A DNA stretch of 64,000 nucleotides from Torpedo marmorata (Eukaryota). The translations under genes and the position numbers were made by a program. The notes below the pieces were generated by a model. It saw nothing but the letters and a program-made list of their open reading frames with translations. It was not told the origin of the DNA and made no database searches. Location: the NCBI GenBank assembly GCA_977017645.1, contig OZ360226.1:37758001-37822000 (forward strand). Direction: 5' to 3'. This document shows, one piece after another, positions 1 through 11,525 of this stretch. Position 1 is the stretch's first letter; each line of letters begins with the position of its first letter.

Positions 1-573
1 TTTGCCTCACCCCTTCGGGATCTTGGCGGTCGCCCCCATTTCAGCTGAGGCGACTCCGGGATTTCCTATCACGGCAAACCCCGATTTGCCTCTTTACTAT
101 ATTTTCTTTGGTTATTTTCTTTGGTCGACCTTAAAGGGTTAATAAGCATACTCTTAGGGGCCGGAAAGCCTTCAAGGTCTTGGATGAACTCAAAGGGGCC
201 AGAAAGCTTTCAAGGTCTTGAAGGATGTGACAGGACCTGAGACAGTAACTCCCTTTTTTACCTTATCAACTTAACTGCAAGTTGGGTGTTATCATCAAGA
301 GACAGAACTATGTGTGTTTAGAAGATAGAATGAAGTTCTAAAAGATTAATCGATGGAATTATTGAAACCTTGTGTAGCCCATGACTGCTTCATTGTAAAA
401 AGCTGTTTACTGCACTGCATATAAGCAGACAAGATTAAGCAGAAAGCAGAGCATTGACTCAGTGCGGACTGGGCAAGCTCTCCGTGACATTGTCATGAAT
501 AAAAGTCTCTTGAAGCTCTACCCTGAACGTCTCTGCCTGGGTTAATTCTGTGACTAGTAGATTTTCCTCGACA
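1..573 (+). mobile_element. 3' part of an LTR (ERV/LTR-retrotransposon-like), truncated by window start
   Basis: TATA-like catataag ~418, AATAAA 498-503, then a U5-like stretch ending ...cctcgaCA at 573; direct repeat ggggcc(g/a)gaaagc(c/t)ttcaaggtcttg at ~157 and ~195. No partner LTR in window. Confidence 0.45.
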
Positions 574-799
574 ATCAGCTATTTCATGGACAATATTCAT
601 GGCTCAATCAACAGCACTAAACAAAATTAACTGGTCATATCAAACTTTTACAGTCAAATTACACTTCATTTTAAAATAAATTTGCCCAATAATTTAAGAT
701 ATGATTGATAAAACAAGAACCAAAGAAAATGAATAGTTTCTTAAGGCAAATTAATACTACTCCAAGGCCACCAAAGTTTTATCTTTATCATCGAACAGC

Positions 800-1003
800 A
801 CATTTATTGCACCAGTGCAATTGTGTGTATTTATTATTCCTTTTATATTTATTGTCTTTTTCTCTCTCATAACACATGATGTGAATTTAATTTATACTTA
901 ATTTTTGATCATGTGTTTTATGTACCTGTGTAGCTGCAGCAATCAAGAATTTCAGTGCATGTGTATATTGTATTTTTGTATATAATATACTCTCATCATC
1001 ATC
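800..1003 (+). repeat. LINE 3' UTR/tail fragment
   Basis: gctgcagcaatcaagaatttcagtgcat...ctctcatcatcatc matches the tail at 36400-36487 and the reverse copy at 11230-11325. Confidence 0.5.
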
Positions 1004-1919
1004 TTCACATTGATGCTTTAGGAGCTTGATGTGCAGAATAGGGATGCAACAAAGCAATGCTGACTACACATAAACAAATATCATTGGCTGCTTAGTGATA
1101 GGGATGTCCATTTAAGCATGTAAAAAGTGTTTTATTCAATGGAAATATTTTATTTCTTTTAAACCAACCAACCTTTATAAAGCTTAAAGGCTGAAAGTGC
1201 AAAAAGTAGTAATATATTGTTACAATGTTTCTTTAATCCTACAATTTTTCCCACAAGTCCCAGATTTTTTAGCCAAGCTACAAACACCATTTAAAAATCT
1301 CACCTTATAATTTCCAAATATAAAAGGTAAAACAATAATCAAAGAAAATAACTAGATTCTCAAGGCAAAATATTAGTTGCTGTTGATTTTTATTGTCAAC
1401 CACTGGTTTTATTTGTGGTGGGGGGGGTAAATAAATGAGGTGATTTGGGAAAGAGTTTCAGGGTACTGGGAGGAATAGGGGTTTGATTATTCAATGTATT
1501 GAACTCAGGGATTGGTGATGGGTCAAATGGATATTGACAATTATACTGGAGGAGAATGAAAAAATGATTGCTTATTTATATAAAGGGAAGAAAAATACAA
1601 TTTAATGTAGCTGAAATGTACCTATAATTCTCAAAATGGCAGGGATACAGCATATTGTAAGTATGATCAAATGAGATTAACATTTCAGAAAAATGAGACA
1701 GAGGCATTCAAAGAAAATTGCCAGACTACAGTGGCTTGGTAAAACCAAAGTCCCATCCCACCAATGTACAAAAAAGTCAAAATACATGACCTTGAATCCA
1801 TATTTTGGAGAAAATTAAGGAATGTGTGAAAATTCTAGGAAGTGATAAATGAAATTGCACCAGTGCTCTATTTACTAATTTATTACTGGAAAGACCATTC
1901 AATTTGCAACTCTTAATAG

Positions 1920-2053
1920 TGTTACGTCGCAGACCTGCAGCAATAGAAATTCACCAAGACAGTGTTATTGTTTTTCTTTTAAAACAATATTTTTATTAAT
2001 AACTATTAATAATATAATACATTGATTAAATTAACCCCAACTATGCGCGAATA

Positions 2054-2112
<59 letters not shown>

Positions 2113-2816
2113 TACCCAAACCATTACAGCTTTTGAACAATTCTGGAAAGTCATTCCAAAGTTCAGTCTTAGAAATCCTGTGTTGAAACACAGACTTTTA
2201 AACTGATGCCCAGAAGTAACCACGAAGGAGATGGGAGAGACTGAGTGACCCGACTGCTGAAAACTCACGAATCCTTGTCGAGTTTCTTGCTGAGAAACAT
2301 CCTTTAGGACGAGCGGTTGTCACAACTCCCCTTTTCCTTGCGTAGGGGAAACAAAACGTGTGACTTCCACAATGCTTCCAAACCCAGGTATGGGTCAGTC
2401 GAAATGACAATTACTTTGGTCATGATCCGATGCAGCTATTCTCCTGCTTCCTTTACCCAGATACGGGTCGATCAAAGTGACCTTTACTTTAGTCACGGTG
2501 TGGTTCAATAATTCCCCTGACAGGGAGATTCAGCCGAATTGTCCATTTCACAGAGTCACTCTACCTCAGTATTCCATGAGATGGCTGGTGGTTAATATGA
2601 ATTGTGTTTCCTTCAGTGTTCCACTCAAATGACTCTCTCACCACGTGTGTCCCTGGAAAAAGCAACAAATGTTCTTTCTCTTCCTCCAGAGTATCAACTT
2701 TGGGTATATTCTGTATTTAGATGTTGCCACCCAGTCACTCCACAGCTGTGAATGGTTGCAGCTGGTACTAGCCCTTAAAGTGATGCTCACACTAAATGAA
2801 ATGGGAGCTCGTAATA
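1920..2816 (-). repeat. 3' LTR of Gmr1-like element 1
   Basis: tgttacg...cgtaata termini; aligns with 9489-10252; followed on + by cctcccccca (PPT on -). Confidence 0.92.
2057..2111. repeat. (TG)n microsatellite inside LTR
   Basis: Perfect dinucleotide run; shorter equivalent at ~9627-9656 in the other LTR. Confidence 0.97.
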
Positions 2817-2988
2817 CCTCCCCCCAACAAAGAAAATTTTGAGCTGTAAGAGCAAAATTTTAACTGCAACCTACAATGTTTGAAATAATACATTCACTAT
2901 TGTTACATGATATAATACAGACAAATATAACATTTTTCAGCAACGAATACAAATAATAAGTTTCAATTTGCTGCAAAACATTGCAAAC

Positions 2989-4330
2989 TTAACATCTTGA
3001 AAGGTAATCAGCAATTACATTATCCTTGCCTCTAATATGAGTTATCATTAAATCATATTCCTGCAGAATTAGACTCCAGTTTAACAATCGTCTATTTTTG
3101 TTTTTCATTTTACTCAAGAACACTAAGGGATTATGGTCAGTATACACAACAAGTGGTCCCTGAGCTGTGCAGATGTAAACATCAAAATGCTGCAAAGCCA
3201 GTACAAGTGACAATAATTCTTTCTTTACGGTAGAATAATTATTTTGATGTTCATTGAATTTCTTGGATAAGTAAGCCACTGGATGGTCAATATCATCACA
3301 ACCATTCTTTTGTAATAACATTGCTCCCGCAGCTTCATCACCAGCACCTACTGCTAAAGAAAATGGCTTCTCAAAGTCAGGTGGCTTAAGCACAAGCTCG
3401 TGACATAAAATGGCTTTCAGTTTATAATATGCTTCCTGATAAATTCTGTCCAAACAAACTTTTCACCCTTCTTCATAAGGTTAGTTAAAGGGAGGTCGAT
3501 ATCAGCAAAATTTTTACAGAACTTTTGATAATGCCCTACCATTCCTAAAAACCTCTTAACAGCTTTCTTACCCGTGGCAATGGGAAACTCAGAAATCATC
3601 TGAACTTTTGCCTGAACAAGCGCCAACTTGCCTTGACCAACAACATAACCAAGATAAGTCACAGTAGCATGGCCAAATTCACTTTTAGCTAAATTAACAG
3701 TAAGGTTTGCTTTTGAAAGTTTGTCAAACAATTTCTCTAACTCAGTGATATGTGCTTCCCAGGTCTAATTCCCCGTAACCAAATCATCAATATAAGCATC
3801 CATATTCTCTAAACCTTGAATCACAGAATTAATCATTCTTTGGAATGTCTCTGGAGCATTTTTCATTCCAAATGGTAAAACATTGTATTCATATAACCCT
3901 GATGAGGTCACAAATGCAGAAATTTCTCTACCCCTGTCTGTTAAGGGAACACACCAGTAACCTTTTAATAAGTCCATCTTCATAAGAAACTTAGCCTTTC
4001 CAACCTTGTCCACACAATCATCCAACCTTGGGATAGGATAAGCATCTGTCTTTGTTACCGCATTAACTTTTCTATAATCAGTGTAAAATCTAACCGTCCC
4101 ATTTGGTTTAGGCACCAGGACACATGGTGAACTCCAATCTGATGTAGAACATCTAACAATATCATTATTTAACATATATTCAATCTCTTGATCTACCAGT
4201 GTGCACTTTTCAACATTCATTCGATATGGATGTTGTTTGATAGTTTTGCATCTCCAACATCCACTTCATGACAAGTTATTGGGGTTCTCTTAGGCACGAC
4301 TGGAAACAAGTTCCTAAATTTTAAAAGTAG
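2989..4330 (-). pseudogene. pol: Gypsy reverse transcriptase-RNase H, disrupted
   Basis: ORFs 3765-4220 (SPCVLVPKP, DYRKVN, LPFGMKNAP, YIDD), 3417-3731 and 2989-3453 (YSTVKKELLSLV, VYTDHNPL, NVIADYLSR). Confidence 0.93.
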
Positions 4331-4433
4331 CTGTTTCATTTGCTACTTTTCCTGGGGCTGAGGATGAGCCAATTTAACATCCAAAGTGTGCAAAAAATTC
4401 AAATTAGACAGACGAACTGGGACAATGTTTTAA

Positions 4434-5070
4434 AAAACACAAATGGTGGAGAAACTCAGCAGGTCAGTGTATTTTATGCAGCAAAGGTAGAAATACATAA
4501 CCGACGTTTCGGGCTTGAGCCCTTCATCAAAGTATGAGAAAATGCCGGCAGGCGTCCGATCAAAAGAGTGAGGGGGGAAGGGGGGGTGGCAAAGGCAGGA
4601 GATGATAGGTGGAGAAAGGAGGGAGGGGACAGCAGCAAAGAGGGGGAGGAGGGATGGCTGGGTGGGTGGAAAAAAACTGGAAGGACAGGTAAGGGGGGAG
4701 GGGAAGGAAAAGACAAGCAGGTTTAGTGGAAAGCAGAAAAGTCAATGTTAATGCCATCTGGCTGGAGAGTGCCCAGACGGAAAATAAGATGTTGTTCCTC
4801 CAATTTGCGGGTAGACTGGGTGGGATAGTACATAAGGCCATGGACAGACATGTGAGTGTGGGAGTGTGACTCGGAATTGAAATGGTTGGCTACTGGGAGC
4901 TCGCTGTTGTTGCAGATGGAGAGGAGATGCTCAGCGAAGCGATCTCCCAATCTACGACCGGTCTCTCCGATGTAGAGAATGCCACAAAGGAAGCACCGGA
5001 TGCAGTAAATAAGTTCTCTGGATGTACAAGTGAAGTGTGGCTTCACTTGAAAGGCCTGTTTGGGGCCCTG
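4434..5070 (-). mobile_element. Penelope-like element 3' fragment (GIY-YIG C-terminus plus pLTR tail) inserted in element 1
   Basis: ORF 4723-5133 has LIYCIRC..CGILYIGETGRRLGDRFAEH...VANHF...RKLEEQHLIFRLGTLQPDGIN; downstream pyrimidine tract and a hammerhead-like motif at ~4495-4535. Confidence 0.88.
4723..5070 (-). pseudogene. Penelope GIY-YIG endonuclease fragment
   Basis: IY-x-YIGETGR motif with CCHH residues; 5' truncated and fused by chance to gypsy sequence upstream. Confidence 0.85.
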
Positions 5071-5169
5071 GACACAAGAGTCAGCTTGTATCGACTCATG
5101 GTCCCTAGACTCCTTAGTTTTATCAACAACCAATACTGCTGGTGAAGGCTGTTATTTGCTCAAAGCCAA

Positions 5170-6130
5170 GTTATCTTTTGACACAACTTTAGTTTTAATA
5201 TTTCAAAGTGGTACTGCTTCTGGAAACCTGGAGGCTGTACACATGACAGTTAACAAATACTGATTCCCAGCTTTTGTCTTGGGCAATGGGCCAACACAAT
5301 CCACAATAACTTTAGAAAAGGGTTAGTCAAAAGCAGGAATGGGTTGTAATGGAGCCACTGGGGGAACCTGATTAGGTTTACCCACAACCTGACAAATGTG
5401 ACATGTCCGGCAAAATGTCACAACATATTTTCTTAAACTAGGCCAATAGAATTGTTTCATAATCTTATACTGTAGTGGCCCGCGACCTACTCCGCAGGCC
5501 GATACAGAGAGCCGTGTACGAACACGGCGATTGCGCAGGCGGTATGTGATTCGGATGGCCCGTTCCCATAGGCCACAACAGCAATGAGGGAATGGGCCAA
5601 TCCCTAAGGATGGATCATGGCCCGACCAATCCTGGGCGTCGCGCCCCATCCGTGACGCAGCAGTCAGGCTTGGCCCGCCTATAAAAGGCAGAGCCGACGG
5701 CAGAATAGGCAGTTCTGTCTTGACGCTCAGAGTGAGTGTATCTCTCTCCTGAGCTCCAGAACTAGAGCGACGACCAACTCGACAACCAACTCGATGACCA
5801 ACTCGACGCGCAGAGCTATAACCGTAGCGAAGCGCTACAATACATAGTTTTCCTTACACCAAGATGACCACCCAAGGGCGTGCTATGGGCCAAGGTTAAA
5901 ATTTCATCCCTATAGGCTTTAGGAACTACAACCTGGTGAGCAACTGCCCATTCTTCACTGGCAGGGATATCAGGTGGTCTCCACTTCCTCATCAACACGC
6001 CTTCCTTGAAATAATAGCCAACTGGCACTTTCTTAATTTCATCATCAGAGAAAGCCTTATCTCTCACTTCAGTAAGATCAGGATCTTTGTTCTGCCCCAC
6101 TATAAACTCTTTTCGGGATAACAACAAATC
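5170..6130 (-). pseudogene. Gypsy integrase N-terminus (HHCC zinc finger and start of core); most of core deleted
   Basis: ILTLAHSTPLGGHLG, FYWPSLRKYV..FCRTCHICQ, PFSKVIVDCVGPLP, RFPEAVPL; interrupted by the solo LTR. Confidence 0.85.
5471..5839 (+). mobile_element. Solo LTR (369 bp) of an unrelated family inserted in the integrase
   Basis: TGTAGTG...CGCTACA termini; TSD ATAC (5467-5470, 5840-5843); CCAAT boxes and TATAAAA at ~5679. Confidence 0.88.
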
Positions 6131-6527
6131 TTTACACTCGGGTTTAACACCAGAACTCTGGTCCAATAAAGAAGGAGGTAAAGTCTTTGGCAGGTCAACC
6201 TGAGTGCTGTTTTGTACTATCACAGATTCCGGTCCCTATGAAATCAGTCTGCACAGGACCATCTGCACTGGCAAGCTTTTTAGCCATAGCCCGAGTCACT
6301 GCGCAGGCTGGATATATATCAGAATCTGTCTTTGTCTCATCAATGACTGGCTTAGCTGTCAACCGCACCGCAGGGACAACTTTACCCTCTGCAAGGTCAT
6401 TTCCTAATAACAACGAAACTCCCTCCACTGGTAAACATGATCAGATCCCTATCGTAACAGGTCCATCAACTAATGCTAATTTCAACACTATCCTGTGCAG
6501 AGGTATTGACTCCGGATCACCCCCCCA

Positions 6528-6657
6528 TCAGAATCAGAATCAGAATTTATTGTCATGAACAAGTCATGAAATTCAGTGTTTTGTGGCAGCATCATAGTGC
6601 AATTAACATTCATATTAACCATCTTACGACATTACTATAAAAATTATAAACAATAGT
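6528..6657 (-). repeat. Short Rex1/Babar-type LINE 3' tail inserted in the protease
   Basis: (atcaga)n plus tttattgtcatgaacaagtcatgaaattc; same tail as 55693-55800 and 60130-60203. Confidence 0.75.
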
Positions 6658-7109
6658 CCCAGACCTCGAATCAAATTTATTTCACCTGTGGCAGTCTCAT
6701 CGCCATACTCCAAAACACTGACCAACACGAGTGACTGGGCGGCCCCAGTATCTCGAAGGATTTTCACTGTCACTTGTGGTGACCCTTCCTTTATTGAAAC
6801 CAAACCCTCTGACACAAAATATTTGAATTCATCCCTAATATTATCAGCAGGTCTGGAACATTTTTGATTTCTATGTGTTTCATCTCTTTGAATACATGCA
6901 TCTGGCGCTGCCTCCTTTTCTTTCTTTTTTCTCAGCATGGAACAATTTGCTATCATGTGACCAGGTTTCTTACAAAAGTGGCAAAGGGGACCCAAGGTTT
7001 TTCCTTTACTTGCTTCCCTTCCTCTTTACCCCTAGCACTACTTCCCGATTTATTTTCTAACTTACTTGGATAGTCCATATTACCCTTTTGGAAGGTTCTA
7101 CTTGGTACA

Positions 7110-8406
7110 CAAGATCACAATATCACAAGATAAAGGAACAGAAGTAAGCCATTCAGCCCATCGAGCCTGCTCCGCAACTCCACCCTGAGCTAAACTTTTC
7201 TCACATCTAATTACAAATTTCGGCCTTTTCCCCATATCCCTTGATACCCTGACTAATTAGATACCTATCAATCTCCTCCTTAAAACCCCCCAATGATCGG
7301 GCCTCCACAGGTGTATGTGGCATGAATTCCACAAATCCATGACCCTCTGGCTAAAGAAATTTCTCCTCATCTCGGTTTTAAATGGGTACCTTCTAATTCT
7401 AAGACTGTGCCCTCTTGTCCTGGATTCACCCACCAAACAAACATCTTATTCACATCTACTCTGTCCAATCCTTTCAGCATTCGAAATGTTTCTATGAGAT
7501 CCCCTCTCATTCTTCTATACTCCAATGAATACAGTCCAAGAGCCGCTAAACGTTCCTCATATGTTAGCCCTTGCATTCCAGGAATCATCCTGGTAAATCT
7601 TCTCTGTACTCTCTCCAACATCAGTACATCCCTTCTAAGATAAGGGGCCCAAAACTGCACACAGTACTCCAAATGAGGTCTCACCAGTGCCCCATAGAAC
7701 CTCATCAACACCTCTTTACTCTTATACACTATTCCTCTTGAAATGAATGCCAACATAGCATTCGCTTTCTTTACTGCCGATCCAACCTGGTGGTTAACCT
7801 TTAGGTTGTCCTGAACGAGGACCCCCAAGTCCCTTTGCACTTCTGAATTTTGAATTTTCTCCCTATCCAAATAATAATCTGCCTGTTTATTTCCTCTTCC
7901 AAAATGTACAACCGTACATTTCTCAACATTGTATCTCATCTGCCATTTCTTTGCCCACTCTCCTAAGCTGTCCAAGTCTCTCTGCAACCTTTCAGTTTCT
8001 TCAACACTTCTTATTCCACCACCTATCTTGGTGTCATCTGCAAACTTAGCCACAAACTCATTCAATCCATAGTCTAAAAAGAAGCGGCCCCAATACCAAC
8101 CCTTGCGGAACAGCACTAGTAACCGGCAACCAACCCAAAACAGGAACCCTTTATTCCCACCCTTTGCTTCCTGCCTATTAGCCAATGCTCCACCCAATCT
8201 AATATATTTCCTGTAATTCTATGGACTCTCATCTTATTAAGCAGCCTCTTATGTGGCACGTTATCAAAGGCTTTTTAAAATCCAAATATACAACATTCAC
8301 AGCCACTCCCTTGTCCATCCTACTTGAGATTACCTCAAAAAATTCCAATAGGTTGGTCAGGCAGGATCTTACCTTCATGAAACCATACTGGCTTGGACCT
8401 ATCATC
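7110..8406 (-). mobile_element. CR1 LINE, 5'-truncated, inserted in gag
   Basis: ORF 7367-8197 (KFADDTK, LVRPHLEYCVQFW, LERVQRRFTRMI); (tcttgtga)n-like tail; TSD TACA (7106-7109, 8407-8410). Confidence 0.92.
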
Positions 8407-9467
8407 TACAAACTTAACCTTGTGGGTTAAAGCATACTCACCGCTAGTTTTGCAGATTCCTGCCAAGTTTCCACTCCATTTTCATCTAAATATGTTTTTA
8501 TGTCATTAGGAATGCACCTTTTAATTTCCTTAACTAACACAAGCTCTCTCAGTCGGTTATAATCATCATTTGCTTTTTTTTATGTGCACCATCGATCAAA
8601 GCACACAGTTTTGTCATACGCAAAATACATATAATACTGGTTCACCGATATCCTCAAATTCATGAATTTTTGCTTTTAAGCTTCTGGAACCAATTCATAA
8701 GCCTTAAGCATGGCTTGCTTTACAGTCTCATAATCAGCAGCTTGTTCGGTTGTAAGGGCAGAGTAAGCCTGCTGGGCTTTCCCTTTAATCACACTTTGCA
8801 ACATGAGGGACCAATGGTATTGTGGTCATTTTAAATTCTCGGCAACTTTCTCAAAATGCTGGAAGCATTTATCAATCTCAGCCTCATCAATTAGAGGAAC
8901 TAACCTAATCTCCCTGCTGGTCACAAACCTCTCACTCGGACCAGAAGGTGGAACTCCGTCTCTCATCTTCTCTCTCTCAACTGTCTTTGTTTCTCTGCTT
9001 CCTCCACCTCAAGTCTATGTTTTTCTAACTCTAACTCAAATACACGTAGCTCAAACTGCCTTTTCTTCTCTGCTTCCTCCACCTCAAACTGCCTTTGCTC
9101 CTCTGCTTCCTCAAATCTACATTTTTTCTAACTCAATCTGTTCCATTGATAACCGCTGCTCAAGGGATTTACTCTCGGGAAACTGCTCTAACTCCTCGTT
9201 GCTATATAGTTTTGTTCTATAATTCTTCAGATCTCCGCCTTTTTCATAGACGGTTTTATCGCTACAAGTCCCAACCTTTGGGCAATATCCACCAACTCAT
9301 CCTTTTTTGCCCTCTGCAAACCCAGAGAGGATGGCTATTATAAAAACTCATAAATATCCATTGCTGCTGTTTTCCACACACCCACAAGCCTTTTAATTGG
9401 CTTTCAAAAGGGAATTTAATCAATCAAATCGAAAATCAATCAATCAATAAGCTCCAATTTTGGTCAG

Positions 9468-9485
9468 ATCCCGGACAAGCCCCCA
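9468..9485 (-). promoter_or_regulatory. Primer-binding site, tRNA-Pro
   Basis: - strand TGGGGGCTTGTCCGGGAT, one mismatch to the complement of the tRNA-Pro 3' end. Confidence 0.85.
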
Positions 9486-9488
9486 ATT

Positions 9489-10252
9489 TGTTACGTCACA
9501 GACCATCAGCAATAGAAATACACCAAGACAGTCTTACTGTTTATCTTTTAAAACAATATATTTATTAATAACTACTAATAATATAAAACATTAGTTAAAT
9601 CAAACCCAACGATGTGCTAATATACTTGTGTGTGTGTGTGTGAGTGTGTGTGTGTGGGATACCCAATTCTGGAAAGTCATTCCAAAGTTCAGTCTTAGAA
9701 ATCCTGTGTTGAAATGCAGACTTTTAAACTGATGCCCAGAAGTAATCACGAAGGAGGTGGGAGAGACTGAGTCACGAATCCTTGTCAAGTTTCTTGCTGA
9801 GAAATATCCTTTTGGATGAATGGTTGTCACAACTCCCCTTTTCCTTGTGTAGGGGAAAAGAAATGTGTGACTTCCACGATGCTTCCAAACCCAGGTATGG
9901 GTCAATCAAAGTGATCTTTCCTTTGGTCACGGTGTGGTTCAATAATTCCCCTGACTGGGAGAATCAGCTGAATTGTCTATTTCACACAGAGTCACTCCAC
10001 CTCAGTGTTCCATGAGATGTCTGGTGGTCAATAATGAATGCTGTTTCCTTCAGTGTTCCACTCACATGACTCTCTCATCACCTGTGTCCCTGGAAAAAGC
10101 AACAAATGTTCTTTCTCTTCCTCCAGTGTATCAACTTTGGGTATAGTCTGTACTAGTTGTTGCCACCCAGTCTCTCCACAGCTGTGAATGGTTGCAGCCG
10201 GTACTAGCCCTTAAATTGATACTCACACTAAATGAAATGGGAGCTCGTAATA
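9489..10252 (-). repeat. 5' LTR of Gmr1-like element 1
   Basis: Aligns with 1920-2816 with several indels; adjacent to the PBS. Confidence 0.92.
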
Positions 10253-10519
10253 ATAGCAACATATTTCAGAAAATAATCACAATTTAAGAGTAATGTGTTA
10301 GCCTCAGAAGGAATAATGTGTCGATTCAGCTGGGTGATAGCTCAATTTCAATGATTAAATTAGAAGAAGAAATTACAAAAACTGAGTTGTATTCCCTAGA
10401 ATTTTGAATATTAAGGAGAGAATTTCCATATTTATTATGGGAATTGATGAATATAGAGCAAATGTTTTGCATCATTTGGTAATTTTAGAATGAAAGAAGC
10501 AGGTCAAAGAATTATTAAG

Positions 10520-10980
10520 TTCTGCAGCAGGAAAACATAACCTTCGGGCCAACTTGTCTCCACCAACCAAACTAGTCCAATTTGGTCCATATATTTCTAA
10601 ACCTTTCCTAAACAAATACTTTTTTAAATGTCTTTTGGATGTTACAATTGTCCCAGCTATCAATTCCCCTTGCCGCTCATTGCATATGCCTACCACCCTC
10701 TGAGTGAAGGGATGCCTTTCGGGTCACTTCTAAATCTTTCCCTGTCACCTTTAATCTGTACCCTCTAGTTTTGATTCCCCTACCCTAGCACCATGTACCT
10801 TATGATTTTATAAACATCTATGAGGTACCCCTCTTGTCTCCTTCACTCCAGGGAGTAAAACCACAACCTATCCGTCCTCTCCTTATAATTCCAGATCACT
10901 ACTCTTGGAAACAGTCTTGTGAATATTTTCTGTGCCATTTCCACCTTCATGATATCTTTCCAAAGGCTTGGTGACCAGCT
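10520..10980 (-). repeat. Old CR1 3' fragment
   Basis: Degenerate similarity to CR1 3' ends at 7110-7650 and 19071-19600. Confidence 0.7.
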
Positions 10981-11229
10981 GTCTTTCAGATGAAATATGT
11001 CTACTTCAAAATAGATGGAAAGTCTTTGATAGAATGCTGTCCATAATGGATGCCAGCTTGGATCTGAGGCAGAAAGCCTGACTTCATTTGTAACTACCCA
11101 TAATTCTCTTCCAAGTCACACATTATCTTGATCTGGAAATAAACTGCTTTTCTTTCCTTGTCAAACCAGGTCAATTTTCAAACAGGAATACCCCACAAAC
11201 AACATGTAATGATACCAGATGAATCCAGT

Positions 11230-11325
11230 AATGATAATAATAGTGATAGTGATAATGATAATGAGTTTATTGTACAATGCACATATGCACTGACATTCTT
11301 ACTTGCTGCAGCCAATCAGGTACTT
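11230..11325 (-). repeat. LINE 3' tail
   Basis: (gataat)n plus gagtttattg...attcttacttgctgcagc, the reverse of the tail at 930-1003. Confidence 0.55.
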
Positions 11326-11434
11326 CACAAAAAAAACTACTGTAAGTATACCTCAAATTGAATTAAAAAGAGAGAGAGCATTGGATAGGACAACTTTATT
11401 CTTCTTTAAAACCCTAAATCCATGGAAGAATGTA

Positions 11435-11525
11435 CAAGGGGCCTTAATTTAATGCCTCATCCAGGAGATGGCACTTTCTGTAGCTTTAAATAAAGTGCTT
11501 CCTTAGTAACGGCAGACTGGGACTA
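11435..11525 (-). repeat. Degenerate Deu-domain SINE fragment
   Basis: ggggccttaatttaatgcctcatccaggagatggcac resembles the reverse complement of the Deu-domain core as recalled. Confidence 0.4.

Larger units (their letters stand above)
6190..9361 (-). pseudogene. gag: Gmr1-type gag and protease remnants of element 1
   Basis: ATG at 9361; coiled-coil repeats; VPL.DEAEIDKCFQHFEKV; zinc knuckle CHFCKKPGHMIANC; protease ILRDTGAAQS and LLLGNDL; many stops and two insertions. Confidence 0.85.
1920..10252 (-). mobile_element. Gmr1-like Ty3/gypsy LTR retrotransposon, degenerate, with four nested insertions
   Basis: Paired LTRs 1920-2816 and 9489-10252; TSD ATAG (1916-1919, 10253-10256); tRNA-Pro PBS; PPT next to 2817; gag, PR, IN, RT and RH remnants in PR-IN-RT-RH order. 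Confidence 0.92.

Noticed and set aside
5323-5649. ORF fusing a novel N-terminus to the integrase zinc finger
   Set aside because: Chance read-through from the antisense strand of the inserted solo LTR into the broken integrase
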